IMG/VR virus record: IMGVR_UViG_3300006919_000045
Location: 1-64,000 of that record
Strand: one strand, 5' to 3'
DNA: 64,000 nucleotides
Origin: a virus
Below, piece after piece: positions 47,274-54,946 of the stretch. The stretch's first letter is position 1. Every line of letters starts with the position of its first letter. Below the pieces are notes generated by a model that ran no database searches, had not been told where the DNA came from, and saw nothing but the letters and a program-made list of their open reading frames with translations. The position numbers and the translations under genes were made by a program.

Positions 47274-47449
47274 TACCGCCCCACTCCTGGCGGATCGCAA
47301 GCACAATCCCGGCCCGGGGTCAAGCATTTTTTCAAATTTTTTTTGTGACATATTCACACAAAAAAAGCTGTACGGTGGGGCGCGAATGGTGTTATACTCT
47401 CAGCATGAGATGGGGGATTGGCTTCCATCACTTACTACCAAGGTGACTT

Positions 47450-47749
47450 ATGTCTAACTACACCAAGGCAATGGAGCAACGCATACGCGAAGCCGCTCCT
47501 CTCAACCTCGCTAAAGCCAAAGCATTGGCAGAGGAATTTGCGAGCGTAACACATCGCTCGGTCATTAGCAAGGCGCAGAGCATGGGCGTTGAATACGTCA
47601 AGGCCGCACCTGCGGCTCGCTCTCCGCGTCAAGCGGAACCGACCAAGGCCGACATTCTCGCGGAGATTCGCCGCGCTGTCGCCCTTGCAGATCGTGACGG
47701 CGATCTGACAAAGGCAGAGCTTTCCACAATCTTAATGGCGATCGCATGA
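47450..47749 (+). CDS. T5 A2/D3-like DNA-binding protein
   Basis: LAEEF..THRSVISKAQSMGVEYVK HTH-like pattern; upstream extended -10 TGTTATACT. Confidence 0.65.
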   Translation: MSNYTKAMEQRIREAAPLNLAKAKALAEEFASVTHRSVISKAQSMGVEYVKAAPAARSPRQAEPTKADILAEIRRAVALADRDGDLTKAELSTILMAIA

Positions 47750-47943
47750 TCGCCGTTATCGGATGGCTCGGTGCGCTCTGCATGGCGGGCGCTCCTTTCA
47801 TCATCGACACCGACGCGGGTAAGATCCTCGCAATTGCTGGCCTGTTGATGTTGACTCAACAGGCGGCAGATGGTAAACTCTGGAATCTGGTTTGCTTAAA
47901 CATTGCGGGAATTATTGGATACTCTTATGCACTTTATTTTTGA
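47746..47943 (+). CDS. Small membrane protein
   Basis: Hydrophobic, coupled ORF. Confidence 0.65.
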   Translation: MIAVIGWLGALCMAGAPFIIDTDAGKILAIAGLLMLTQQAADGKLWNLVCLNIAGIIGYSYALYF

Positions 47944-48406
47944 TCTTGACCATACCGTCATCGATTCCTCACACCGACAGATCACGCGGGCGGATGGCTC
48001 GCTTGACCTAGCGGCTTGGATTGAGAACAACACCCGCGAGAATATCATGGGTGACTCACTGCTACCGCTCGCCAGACAATGGCGACTAGCAGATAAGAAA
48101 GGCGCGACTATTGTTATCTGCACTGCCCGCGTTATGGGCGCGCATGATTTCGATTTTCTCGCATCGCATGGCCTACGGTGGGACGCTTGCCTCTCTCGCC
48201 CGATGGGAAACACACTAGCGGACGCGGAACTTAAGGAAACTCTGCTACGCAAATATGCCACGGCTCGGCCTATGTCATGGGCGCGATTCTGCTCTACATC
48301 AATCTTTTTTGATGATAACGAATCGGTGCTCTCAATGCTTGACGGGCTCGGCATCAGGGCTTATAATTCTATTTCTTTCAATCAATCGCTAAGGAAAACA
48401 GCATGA
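47927..48406 (+). CDS. HAD-superfamily phosphatase (possible nucleotidase, dmp analogue)
   Basis: FDLDHT motif I, CTAR motif II, K and FFDD motif IV. Confidence 0.85.
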   Translation: MHFIFDLDHTVIDSSHRQITRADGSLDLAAWIENNTRENIMGDSLLPLARQWRLADKKGATIVICTARVMGAHDFDFLASHGLRWDACLSRPMGNTLADAELKETLLRKYATARPMSWARFCSTSIFFDDNESVLSMLDGLGIRAYNSISFNQSLRKTA

Positions 48407-48990
48407 TTCGTTTACGCAAAATCGCCACCATTGACACTCAGGTAATGAAGCCTAGAGACTATCAGGAAAACGGCGACCCACAATCAGGCATGGGCTATAA
48501 CTATCTTTATGAGATTGTCGGCCTTGACAAATACAACGCGGCATTCGCTGGCGTTCGCATGACTAAGGATGGCTATGCCAAGGAATTTTATTCCACTGGT
48601 CACAATGGCCTTTTCTCTCGCGTTCGCACTACACTGCGAGAATTTGAGCGCGTTTTTTGCGACGGTGAATTTGGCGCTCTGGAGGCTATCGTCTACGGCA
48701 ACATCTGCAAGGGTGCAAATCGCTCACTCGCTCAGGAGCAATACATTCACAAACGCAATCAACACGGCGAAGAATGGATGCTTCCGACCATCGAAGCGGC
48801 TACGCCTCGCGGTCAGAAGCGACCTTCCGGCTCGACTGAATTTTACAACTGGTCACCGAAACGCGCTTATGGCAAATACCTTCAGAGCATGACGCGCAAA
48901 GCGATTGGCGAAGGGTGGCAGGATATTATCGACCACAATTTTCGCGGCCAATCTGGGTGGGCGCTTCCGACTGTCGGGCGGGAACTGTGA
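48403..48990 (+). CDS. Hypothetical pre-early protein
   Basis: 195-aa coupled ORF with SD. Confidence 0.7.
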   Translation: MIRLRKIATIDTQVMKPRDYQENGDPQSGMGYNYLYEIVGLDKYNAAFAGVRMTKDGYAKEFYSTGHNGLFSRVRTTLREFERVFCDGEFGALEAIVYGNICKGANRSLAQEQYIHKRNQHGEEWMLPTIEAATPRGQKRPSGSTEFYNWSPKRAYGKYLQSMTRKAIGEGWQDIIDHNFRGQSGWALPTVGREL

Positions 48991-49094
48991 GAGCGGGGGC
49001 GCTGATAGCTGGCGCATACCTTGTTTATTCCGTCGTCACTGATCTGGCGATCTGGGGCGGCGCGGTTTACTATTATTTCAATGGGGGCTTTTGA
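48987..49094 (+). CDS. 35-aa membrane peptide (MRAGALIAGAY...)
   Basis: Hand-translated; GTGA and TGATG overlaps. Confidence 0.6.
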   Translation: MRAGALIAGAYLVYSVVTDLAIWGGAVYYYFNGGF

Positions 49095-49693
49095 TGAAAG
49101 CACTACAAGCGAAACTCAACCGGCTCGCGGAGAATCTCTCCGCTCCGGTGGCGGTAATTTTAGAGGGGCGTGATACTGCTGGCAAATCCTCGACTATTCG
49201 GGAATTGACTCACTACCTACCGCCCGACCTTTACAGCGTTTGCCTATCGCACAAACCTAGCAAACGCGCAATGGCGGCATGGCTACCCTACTGGGAAACC
49301 AAACTACCAACGCAACCGCGCATCGTGTTTTTTGATCGAAGCTGGTACAGCCGCGCGATGGTTCAACATCTCAACGGATGGTGTACGCCGCGACAATACA
49401 ACAATTTTATGCGGCGTCATAAAAACTGGGAAGCTAATCAGCCGGTGCGCTTGATTAAATTTTGGCTTTCGATTTCGGAACAGGAACAGCAACGCCGAAT
49501 AATTCAACGCAAGCATTCACCGCTCACCTACTGGAAATTTTCGGAGAATGATGAAAACGCACTTTCGCATTATGACCGCATGAGCATTTTAAAAGAGCGC
49601 GTTATTGATTCGGAATGGCACACAATTAATTTCGAAAATAAATCAAAAGGAATTAAAAAATTGCTTGACAAATTATGCGGCGAGCTGGCATAA
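49094..49693 (+). CDS. ppk2: Polyphosphate kinase 2
   Basis: EGRDTAGKS Walker A, FFDRSWY Walker B, IKFWLSIS..EQ and WKFS..D motifs. Confidence 0.92.
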   Translation: MKALQAKLNRLAENLSAPVAVILEGRDTAGKSSTIRELTHYLPPDLYSVCLSHKPSKRAMAAWLPYWETKLPTQPRIVFFDRSWYSRAMVQHLNGWCTPRQYNNFMRRHKNWEANQPVRLIKFWLSISEQEQQRRIIQRKHSPLTYWKFSENDENALSHYDRMSILKERVIDSEWHTINFENKSKGIKKLLDKLCGELA

Positions 49694-49740
49694 TGTTTTT
49701 ATTGACTAGGGGATTGGCCCCAGGAAAAGGAGAAAGAAAA

Positions 49741-49908
49741 ATGTCACACTACGTAAACGAAGCCAACGCCGAAGCCTGCTACGAAGAAGCCTGCGAAGCG
49801 GGTTACGCTTTTTTCCCCGAAGCCGACTGGGACGGTCAAGCGTTCGAGGCTTGGGTAAACTGGAAAACGGACGAGCTTCTTTCTGAGCTTCCCGACGGGT
49901 ACCGTTAA
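49741..49908 (+). CDS. Small acidic protein
   Basis: AGGAG SD and its own promoter (TTGACA-18-CATAAT, 49665-49694); D/E-rich. Confidence 0.7.
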   Translation: MSHYVNEANAEACYEEACEAGYAFFPEADWDGQAFEAWVNWKTDELLSELPDGYR

Positions 49909-49924
49909 TGTTCCATGTGGAACA
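49909..49924. promoter_or_regulatory. parS-like site
   Basis: TGTTCCATGTGGAACA, one mismatch to TGTTCCACGTGGAACA. Confidence 0.7.
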
Positions 49925-49931
49925 CCTCGCC

Positions 49932-49953
49932 CAACTCCTTGATTTATCAAGGA
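49932..49953. promoter_or_regulatory. IHF consensus site within a palindrome
   Basis: Minus-strand AATCAAGGAGTTG matches WATCAANNNNTTR; palindrome TCCTTGAT-TT-ATCAAGGA. Confidence 0.55.
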
Positions 49954-49957
49954 TTTT

Positions 49958-50460
49958 GGCGCGCTCGCGCCAGTAGTAGTGCGACAGCGAAGTTGCTTAA
50001 AGGTGCAAATTAAGTTGAACAAAAACAGGTACTTAACAGTTAGTCTTTGAAAATTGGCGCGGGGGCGCCAGTAGTAGTGCAACGGTAGTTCAAATGTGGT
50101 GTTGCTTGCGCCATTATAAGTAGTAGTGCAACAAAAGTCAAGTCTTTTTTGCGGGTGTGGTGCAAATTATTTACAATTGTACCAGTCTTCGTGCCAGACC
50201 CCGTGCCCACCCTGGTAGTATACGCGCAAAACGTGGCAATGTCAAGGATTATTTGCAGCAAGTCCCGGGATAATCTTTTAAAAGCGCGGCGCCGATTATA
50301 CAGTAGTAGACCGGCAGTTGTCAAGTACTTTTTGCACAATTGGTGCAAATAAATCGCTTGACAAGTCTCTGCGGGGTAGCATATAATGGCAAATTGTGGC
50401 AAACCTGGGGCAAACAGTGGCAAATTTACGAAAATTTTGGCAGATTAGGTGCAAAAAACA
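49958..50460. repeat. Injection-stop-like repeat array
   Basis: AGTAGTAG(TGC) at 49972, 50070, 50119 and 50302, each near GCGCC; GGTGCAAA four times; GGCAAA four times at ~10-11 bp spacing. Confidence 0.75.
50113..50324 (-). promoter_or_regulatory. Three tandem leftward sigma70 promoters
   Basis: TTGACT-17-TATAAT (50141-50113), TTGACA-17-TATACT (50245-50217) and TTGACA-18-TATAAT (50324-50295). Confidence 0.8.
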
Positions 50461-50557
50461 CTTGACAGCCGAAATTTCGTACGCCGCCCCCCGGAATTCG
50501 CTTGCGTTGGGGTTACGACAAAAAAGATTTGACATTGGGAACCGGAGGTAGTATAAT
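50358..50557 (+). promoter_or_regulatory. Two rightward early promoters
   Basis: TTGACA-18-TATAAT (50358) and TTGACA-17-TATAAT (50529). Confidence 0.85.
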
Positions 50558-50581
50558 ATTTATCAAATCGGAGGAAACTGC

Positions 50582-50770
50582 ATGAACGATATTCAATTTG
50601 AAGCCTTTAGCTTGTACGCAGGTATGCGTATGGACGGTATGTCTAAGCTGGATGCATTTATGTGGACAATAAAGTGTCTGCTTCCAGAGGAAGACTACCC
50701 CAACGGATACGATGATGGTGCAGTAGAGCTGTACTCTTGGTTGCGGCAGAAGGTAAAGCTGGATGACTAA
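50582..50770 (+). CDS. Hypothetical protein
   Basis: GGAGG SD directly after the promoter. Confidence 0.7.
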   Translation: MNDIQFEAFSLYAGMRMDGMSKLDAFMWTIKCLLPEEDYPNGYDDGAVELYSWLRQKVKLDD

Positions 50771-51188
50771 GATTAGAGTAAAAGCAAAAAAGCAATGGTC
50801 TGAGGCTGAGCGACGTTTGGCCCGGGCTGCTGCAGCCTTTGCAACTAACGAACTAGCATTAGATGTAAGTCCGATACCTATTCACATTGTACTAAAGGGC
50901 AGAAACGAACAAGATTTTGGTGACTCTATAGACCTGGGGCATAAAGTTATTGTACGTATTAACAAAAGCCCAAACTGGCTGGGTACTTTATTTCACGAAC
51001 TAGAGCACGCTCGTCAATATGTTTACTGCGAACTTGAGCTAGAAACTGACCATGTTATATGGCGTGGAACACTATCTGCTAGAGATGCGGGCAACTATGA
51101 GGAGTACTGGAAATCTCCTTGGGAAGTGGAAGCAAGGCAAAAAGAAAGAGAATTATTTGCAGCTTTCCAAAAAAATCTCTTGACATAA
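50763..51188 (+). CDS. HExxH metallopeptidase-like protein
   Basis: LFHELEHARQY...PWEVEA. Confidence 0.75.
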   Translation: MTKIRVKAKKQWSEAERRLARAAAAFATNELALDVSPIPIHIVLKGRNEQDFGDSIDLGHKVIVRINKSPNWLGTLFHELEHARQYVYCELELETDHVIWRGTLSARDAGNYEEYWKSPWEVEARQKERELFAAFQKNLLT

Positions 51189-51254
51189 TCCTCAGAACCT
51201 TGTATAATATATTTTCAAAAGTGGTAAAACAAACTAATTTTTCGGGAGAAAAAA

Positions 51255-51578
51255 ATGACTGATATGACTGCAAAGGCTTCGGCCAACTACTCACAAGAGA
51301 TGGTTGAGTTCATCTCTAACTCTTACTCTGCTGCTCCGACTCGTGCTACAGTCGACCAGCTCGCTGAGAAGTTCAGCAAGACTCCACGTAGCATCATTGC
51401 TAAGCTCTCTGCTTTGGGTATCTACCAAAAAGTTGAGCGTGTAACCAAGCGCGGTGAGCCTGTCATTAAGAAGGAAGTCATCGTTGCTCAAGTAGCCGAG
51501 CGACTAGGTCGTGATCTGCCTTCTGTAGGTAAGATGACCAAGGTTGATCTTGAAGCTCTGCTCGAGATCTTGGGATAA
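51255..51578 (+). CDS. A2/D3-like DNA-binding protein
   Basis: NYSQEM...LAEKFSKTPRSIIAKLS..GIY; own promoter (TTGACA 51180) and terminator. Confidence 0.7.
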   Translation: MTDMTAKASANYSQEMVEFISNSYSAAPTRATVDQLAEKFSKTPRSIIAKLSALGIYQKVERVTKRGEPVIKKEVIVAQVAERLGRDLPSVGKMTKVDLEALLEILG

Positions 51579-51582
51579 ATCC

Positions 51583-51603
51583 CGGGGCCTAGTGCCCCGT
51601 TTA
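51583..51603 (+). terminator. Intrinsic terminator
   Basis: CGGGGC-CTAGT-GCCCCG followed by TTT. Confidence 0.7.
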
Positions 51604-51761
51604 CTTAAATACTTCTATGTATATAATATACTGTCGAATTGGAGCTTTAACTCTCGTGCTAAATGCATGGGAAGACTATTGGCTAGCATTTCGAGAAGCG
51701 GAGTCTTTAAATAAACGGGATTACAAGGCGTACTACTTTGTACGTTATAAGGAGAATTTTA

Positions 51762-51974
51762 ATGGCAAAAACAATGATTTTTGATGCCGCTACTACGCGT
51801 GCATACCGTAAAGGACGTTTTCAGGGCAAAAAAGTAATGTCACACGGTGCTTTTCGTGCAAAGCGAAAGCCTAACTCGCCTATCGTTAAGAGAGCGGAGG
51901 CCGTAAAAGCTGCTGCAACCTTTGGAAAAAGTCCTGAGTTCAAGTTCGCTATCTACGGCATTGAGGTAGAGTAA
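51762..51974 (+). CDS. Basic hypothetical protein
   Basis: AAGGAG SD; start revised. Confidence 0.65.
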   Translation: MAKTMIFDAATTRAYRKGRFQGKKVMSHGAFRAKRKPNSPIVKRAEAVKAAATFGKSPEFKFAIYGIEVE

Positions 51975-52159
51975 TGCATCTTGTTCAAGAGCAAGAAGAG
52001 CCAGGAAAAACTAAGTATAGAGTCTATACTAAAAACGGAGCACTAATTTATGTGGGCCATCACGCCGGTGCTGCCCAAGAAATGTACGAAAACGGAGAGC
52101 GGGAGGAGTTAGATGTTAGAAAAACAAGAGAGGCTCGCAGTAGTGGATCGAGCGACTGA
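51974..52159 (+). CDS. Hypothetical protein
   Basis: Coupled ORF with SD. Confidence 0.6.
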   Translation: MHLVQEQEEPGKTKYRVYTKNGALIYVGHHAGAAQEMYENGEREELDVRKTREARSSGSSD

Positions 52160-52352
52160 TACAATAGAAGTAGAAGGTCAACGTATGTCTTTCACAAGCC
52201 TGCAAAGAGTAAAAGATGAGCTGTGGCACAACTGGGCGCTTTCAGAAGCCGAGGTTGACCACGTAATTCGTACAATGTATCAAGAAGGGGAAATTCGTGA
52301 AACCTTTTCTCTTTCTTCCTTTTATCCTTCTACATGGGGAACGAAAATATGA
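52113..52352 (+). CDS. Hypothetical protein
   Basis: GGAG SD. Confidence 0.6.
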   Translation: MLEKQERLAVVDRATDTIEVEGQRMSFTSLQRVKDELWHNWALSEAEVDHVIRTMYQEGEIRETFSLSSFYPSTWGTKI

Positions 52353-52534
52353 GCTGTAACATTACAGAAGTGGATCAAGTGACAATTCAATTTGCTACAA
52401 ATGGGACTGTGCTTGAGTTTAGTGGGCGTATTGACGGAGACTGGTCTACTCGAAAAGAGTTGTTTTTAGTAGGAGATGAAGCTGATTTGTTTGCACGTAT
52501 CGCTGACCTTCAGGTGTGTCACCGTGGAACTTAA
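52349..52534 (+). CDS. Hypothetical protein
   Basis: ATGA overlap with the upstream ORF. Confidence 0.6.
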   Translation: MSCNITEVDQVTIQFATNGTVLEFSGRIDGDWSTRKELFLVGDEADLFARIADLQVCHRGT

Positions 52535-52715
52535 AGAAAGTGCAGAAGCAATAGTATTTTGTATAAGTAGCTTTTGTACTCATGAAGCTGACCTTAAAAA
52601 ATTCGAACCTAAACTTCACATGAACAGTGATGGGTTAGTCTTGGAATATAATGATAAGAGTACAGGACACAAAATGTTTGAAAAAATTTCTGGGCTGAAG
52701 AAAAATAATTCTTGA
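52476..52715 (+). CDS. Hypothetical protein (start uncertain)
   Basis: ORF fills the operon up to the next promoter. Confidence 0.45.
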   Translation: MKLICLHVSLTFRCVTVELKESAEAIVFCISSFCTHEADLKKFEPKLHMNSDGLVLEYNDKSTGHKMFEKISGLKKNNS

Positions 52716-52741
52716 CTTTTAGTTCAAAAACGGAGTATAAT
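52712..52741 (+). promoter_or_regulatory. Promoter of the noncoding unit
   Basis: A-tract, then TTGACT-18-TATAAT. Confidence 0.8.
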
Positions 52742-52747
52742 ATCTTC

Positions 52748-53429
52748 TTAAATGGGGGAAGTCAGGGACGCACAGTACGCCACCGCACTTGCGATAAGAC
52801 AGTAAAGATCCCGGTAAAAGTTAAGCCTATCCGGAGCCCCGACCTAATTTGTTCCGCCTTCGTTGACCCTGCCGTGTACAGGTTGAAAGGCATCGTCCGT
52901 GGGACAAAAGTGCTAATGCGGGATGGCAAAGCACTATAAAAAGTACCATCTTAGTTTAGTGCCACTTAGCGCACTTTTCCCTGTTCGAGGTACTATATCG
53001 AGCCCCCATGTGTACGGGCGGAGGTGCACGACCAGTTATGGCTTTGACACGTTTTCGGATTCTGGTTTAGCAAAAACGAAAAAGAGGTAGGTTGCATCTG
53101 CAGTGCTAACCTAGATACGTGATAGGAGGTAGGTGCGTATCACTACAACTATAGGAGGAAGTCCTTTTTATTATTGGTCTATTATTGCAAAGAGGCGTCG
53201 AAACCCTCGATCATAACGAAAGGCACTATATAGCCTAGTGGCAGTTCGCGGCTTTAAACCTAACTGCGGGTTTATCTACTCAGACCCGCTAACGCTAAGG
53301 GAGTAGGCAACTGACGAGTTGGACAATACGTAGATTTACTCAGTAGCTGCTTGGGAGTCATGCCCCAATGTAGACCTAACAAACGGTAATCGAAGGAATC
53401 CCTGCATAGAAATATGTGGGGATTTTTTT
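52748..53429 (+). ncRNA. Candidate large structured noncoding RNA (~680 nt)
   Basis: Own promoter and terminator, no credible ORF, many helices and at least two pseudoknots. Confidence 0.7.
53397..53429 (+). terminator. Intrinsic terminator
   Basis: AATCCCTGCATA-GAAA-TATGTGGGGATT followed by a T tract. Confidence 0.85.
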
Positions 53430-53449
53430 ATGTGTACAAAAAATTTTCC

Positions 53450-53478
53450 TTGACATTTTTCTTCAGAACCTGTATAAT
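53450..53478 (+). promoter_or_regulatory. Early promoter
   Basis: TTGACA-17-TATAAT. Confidence 0.9.
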
Positions 53479-53501
53479 ATGGATTCTATGGGAGAAACTA
53501 C

Positions 53502-53819
53502 ATGGCAAAAATACTAGAATTTCCAGACAATCGTTCGTTGGAAAGGCAGTTAAAGATACTTACTGATGAACTTGTTGAACTACACGAGACGATGGGTAAG
53601 TTGTACGATAGTCAAGCGGCCTTAGACGGGTTGATCCTGGAAAAAGAAGAAGCGTACTCTAATGTACTAAACAAATACTCGCACGCTATTGGAGCTGAGA
53701 ACATTGCTATCTCGCTACTACAGTTTGCGACCGACCATATTCAAGTGGACTTAGAAACAGGAGATATAAGATATGTCCCGCCAAAAGAGGAAGAGGAGCC
53801 TGATCCGGAAGTGCCGTAA
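53502..53819 (+). CDS. Acidic coiled-coil hypothetical protein
   Basis: SD present; MAKILEFP N-terminus. Confidence 0.7.
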   Translation: MAKILEFPDNRSLERQLKILTDELVELHETMGKLYDSQAALDGLILEKEEAYSNVLNKYSHAIGAENIAISLLQFATDHIQVDLETGDIRYVPPKEEEEPDPEVP

Positions 53820-53994
53820 GTGCGGTAAGGCTTTTAAAGCTGAAATCGACTCCGTGCACTATTGCTCCGTAAATTGTATATCGGCTTCTCACAACCCCGT
53901 TGCTGCTTTTAATCACAATCGCAGCGGGGTCCACAAGCCGAAGAAGGGCAAGGGAAGCTATACAAGAAAAACAAGAAGGAAGAGTTATGAGTAA
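53773..53994 (+). CDS. Zn-finger plus ArfA-motif protein
   Basis: CxxC...CSxxC followed by KKGKGSYTRK. Confidence 0.6.
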   Translation: MSRQKRKRSLIRKCRKCGKAFKAEIDSVHYCSVNCISASHNPVAAFNHNRSGVHKPKKGKGSYTRKTRRKSYE

Positions 53995-54310
53995 TTATTC
54001 GGAGAACGAAACGACTTATATGGTGCAACTGTACCAGGAAACCCCGTGCATGGCTACGGTGGATTTGCTCGTGGAACAATTAAAAAGAAGTAAGAAATCG
54101 ATTATAGGAAAGCTATCACGAGAAGGTGTATACCGAAGGGAGGTGTATGTATCGAAAACTGGAGAGAAACCTATTACAAAAGTGGAAATCGTTTCTCATA
54201 TTGCTGAAGGTTTGGGAGTTGAGGTTTCAGATCTGGCTGGTCTTGAGAAAGCTCCCAAAAACGTCCTTCGAATCCTATCAAAAGCTGCAGCGGGGTCAGC
54301 AATCTCCTAA
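53987..54310 (+). CDS. A2/D3-like DNA-binding protein
   Basis: MSNYSENE...KRSKKSIIGKLSREGVY...KTGEKPITK; clear paralogue of 51255. Confidence 0.7.
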   Translation: MSNYSENETTYMVQLYQETPCMATVDLLVEQLKRSKKSIIGKLSREGVYRREVYVSKTGEKPITKVEIVSHIAEGLGVEVSDLAGLEKAPKNVLRILSKAAAGSAIS

Positions 54311-54439
54311 TGACTAGGGGACAATTCTCGTATATTAGTAGGCTAGCGGAATAAATAAGGGAAAATTTACGAACGAATTGGCGCAAATTTTGAACAGTTG
54401 TTCGCAAATTTAAAAAAGATTTTTACTTAAAGTATTCGT

Positions 54440-54690
54440 TTGGGTCGTATGACCCGTATTATTCTTATTTAATTATCAGGGTCATAGAGATTGGTACAAT
54501 TCACACTTTGCTTTTACGAATGTAGTAGCGGGTTAGTTGCTGACTTAGCATATCTTGTAGACACCCCGTGTATATACCCTGCTCCCGCTAAGGCTCTGCA
54601 GGGTATTTATGCACGAAATAGCTACATTATGCTTACGTCAGCATGTAGTTAGTGAGAATCAGTAGACAGACCTTATTGTCTATCAATTTA
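54440..54690 (-). ncRNA. Candidate structured ncRNA or origin-associated hairpin
   Basis: Minus-strand promoter TTGCTA-17-TAAAAT (54725-54697); ~105-nt nested rod at 54538-54643. Confidence 0.5.
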
Positions 54691-54805
54691 TGATATATTT
54701 TACCACACTTTTTGGCATATAGCAAATACTATTTTTGCCCTGGTCCTGGATTACAGTATCTGAGCAGTGTGAAGTTAACAAAAAAATATTATTTTGGAGG
54801 GTTAG

Positions 54806-54889
54806 GTGGAAGACTATTTGTGGGTAGTAATTGGTTGTATGATTTTAGCAACAGTAAGTAAAGGATGTATTCCTGAAGGTATTATGTAA
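54806..54889 (+). CDS. 27-aa hydrophobic peptide
   Basis: GGAGG SD and GTG start; MEDYLWVVIGCMILATVSKGC. Confidence 0.45.
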   Translation: MEDYLWVVIGCMILATVSKGCIPEGIM

Positions 54890-54921
54890 CATCACAGCAG
54901 TAAGAGCATTCGCATAAAACT

Positions 54922-54946
54922 AAAGGGGCTTCAAGGCCCCTTTTTT
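54922..54946. terminator. Bidirectional terminator
   Basis: AAAGGGGC-TTCAAG-GCCCCTTTTTT between convergent genes. Confidence 0.8.

Larger units (their letters stand above)
47240..50550 (+). other. Pre-early/first-step-transfer-like region (probable terminal repeat)
   Basis: Strand switch, visibly higher GC, an A2-like first gene and a repeat-rich noncoding end, as in T5 organisation. Boundaries are approximate. Confidence 0.6.

Noticed and set aside
47344-47358. CRP site
   Set aside because: The TGTGA/TCACA spacer is 5 bp rather than 6.
49939-49950. FNR/ANR box
   Set aside because: The TTGAT/ATCAA spacer is 2 bp rather than 4; IHF fits better.
49958-50460. CRISPR mini-array
   Set aside because: The repeats are short and irregularly spaced and overlap promoters; no cas genes.
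49744-50535. Minus-strand ORFs in the repeat array
   Set aside because: They cross promoters and repeats, lack SDs and have atypical composition.
52712-52939. 75-aa ORF, and similar TTG-start ORFs or extensions at 38437, 55915 and 62801
   Set aside because: The start is the TTG of a -35 box, upstream of the transcription start.
52748-53429. tmRNA, RNase P RNA or tRNA identity
   Set aside because: No T-arm/CCA end was seen; GAGGAAGTCC at ~53155 only partly resembles RNase P and lacks its 3' partner. No tRNA was recognised anywhere by eye, but tRNAscan was not run.
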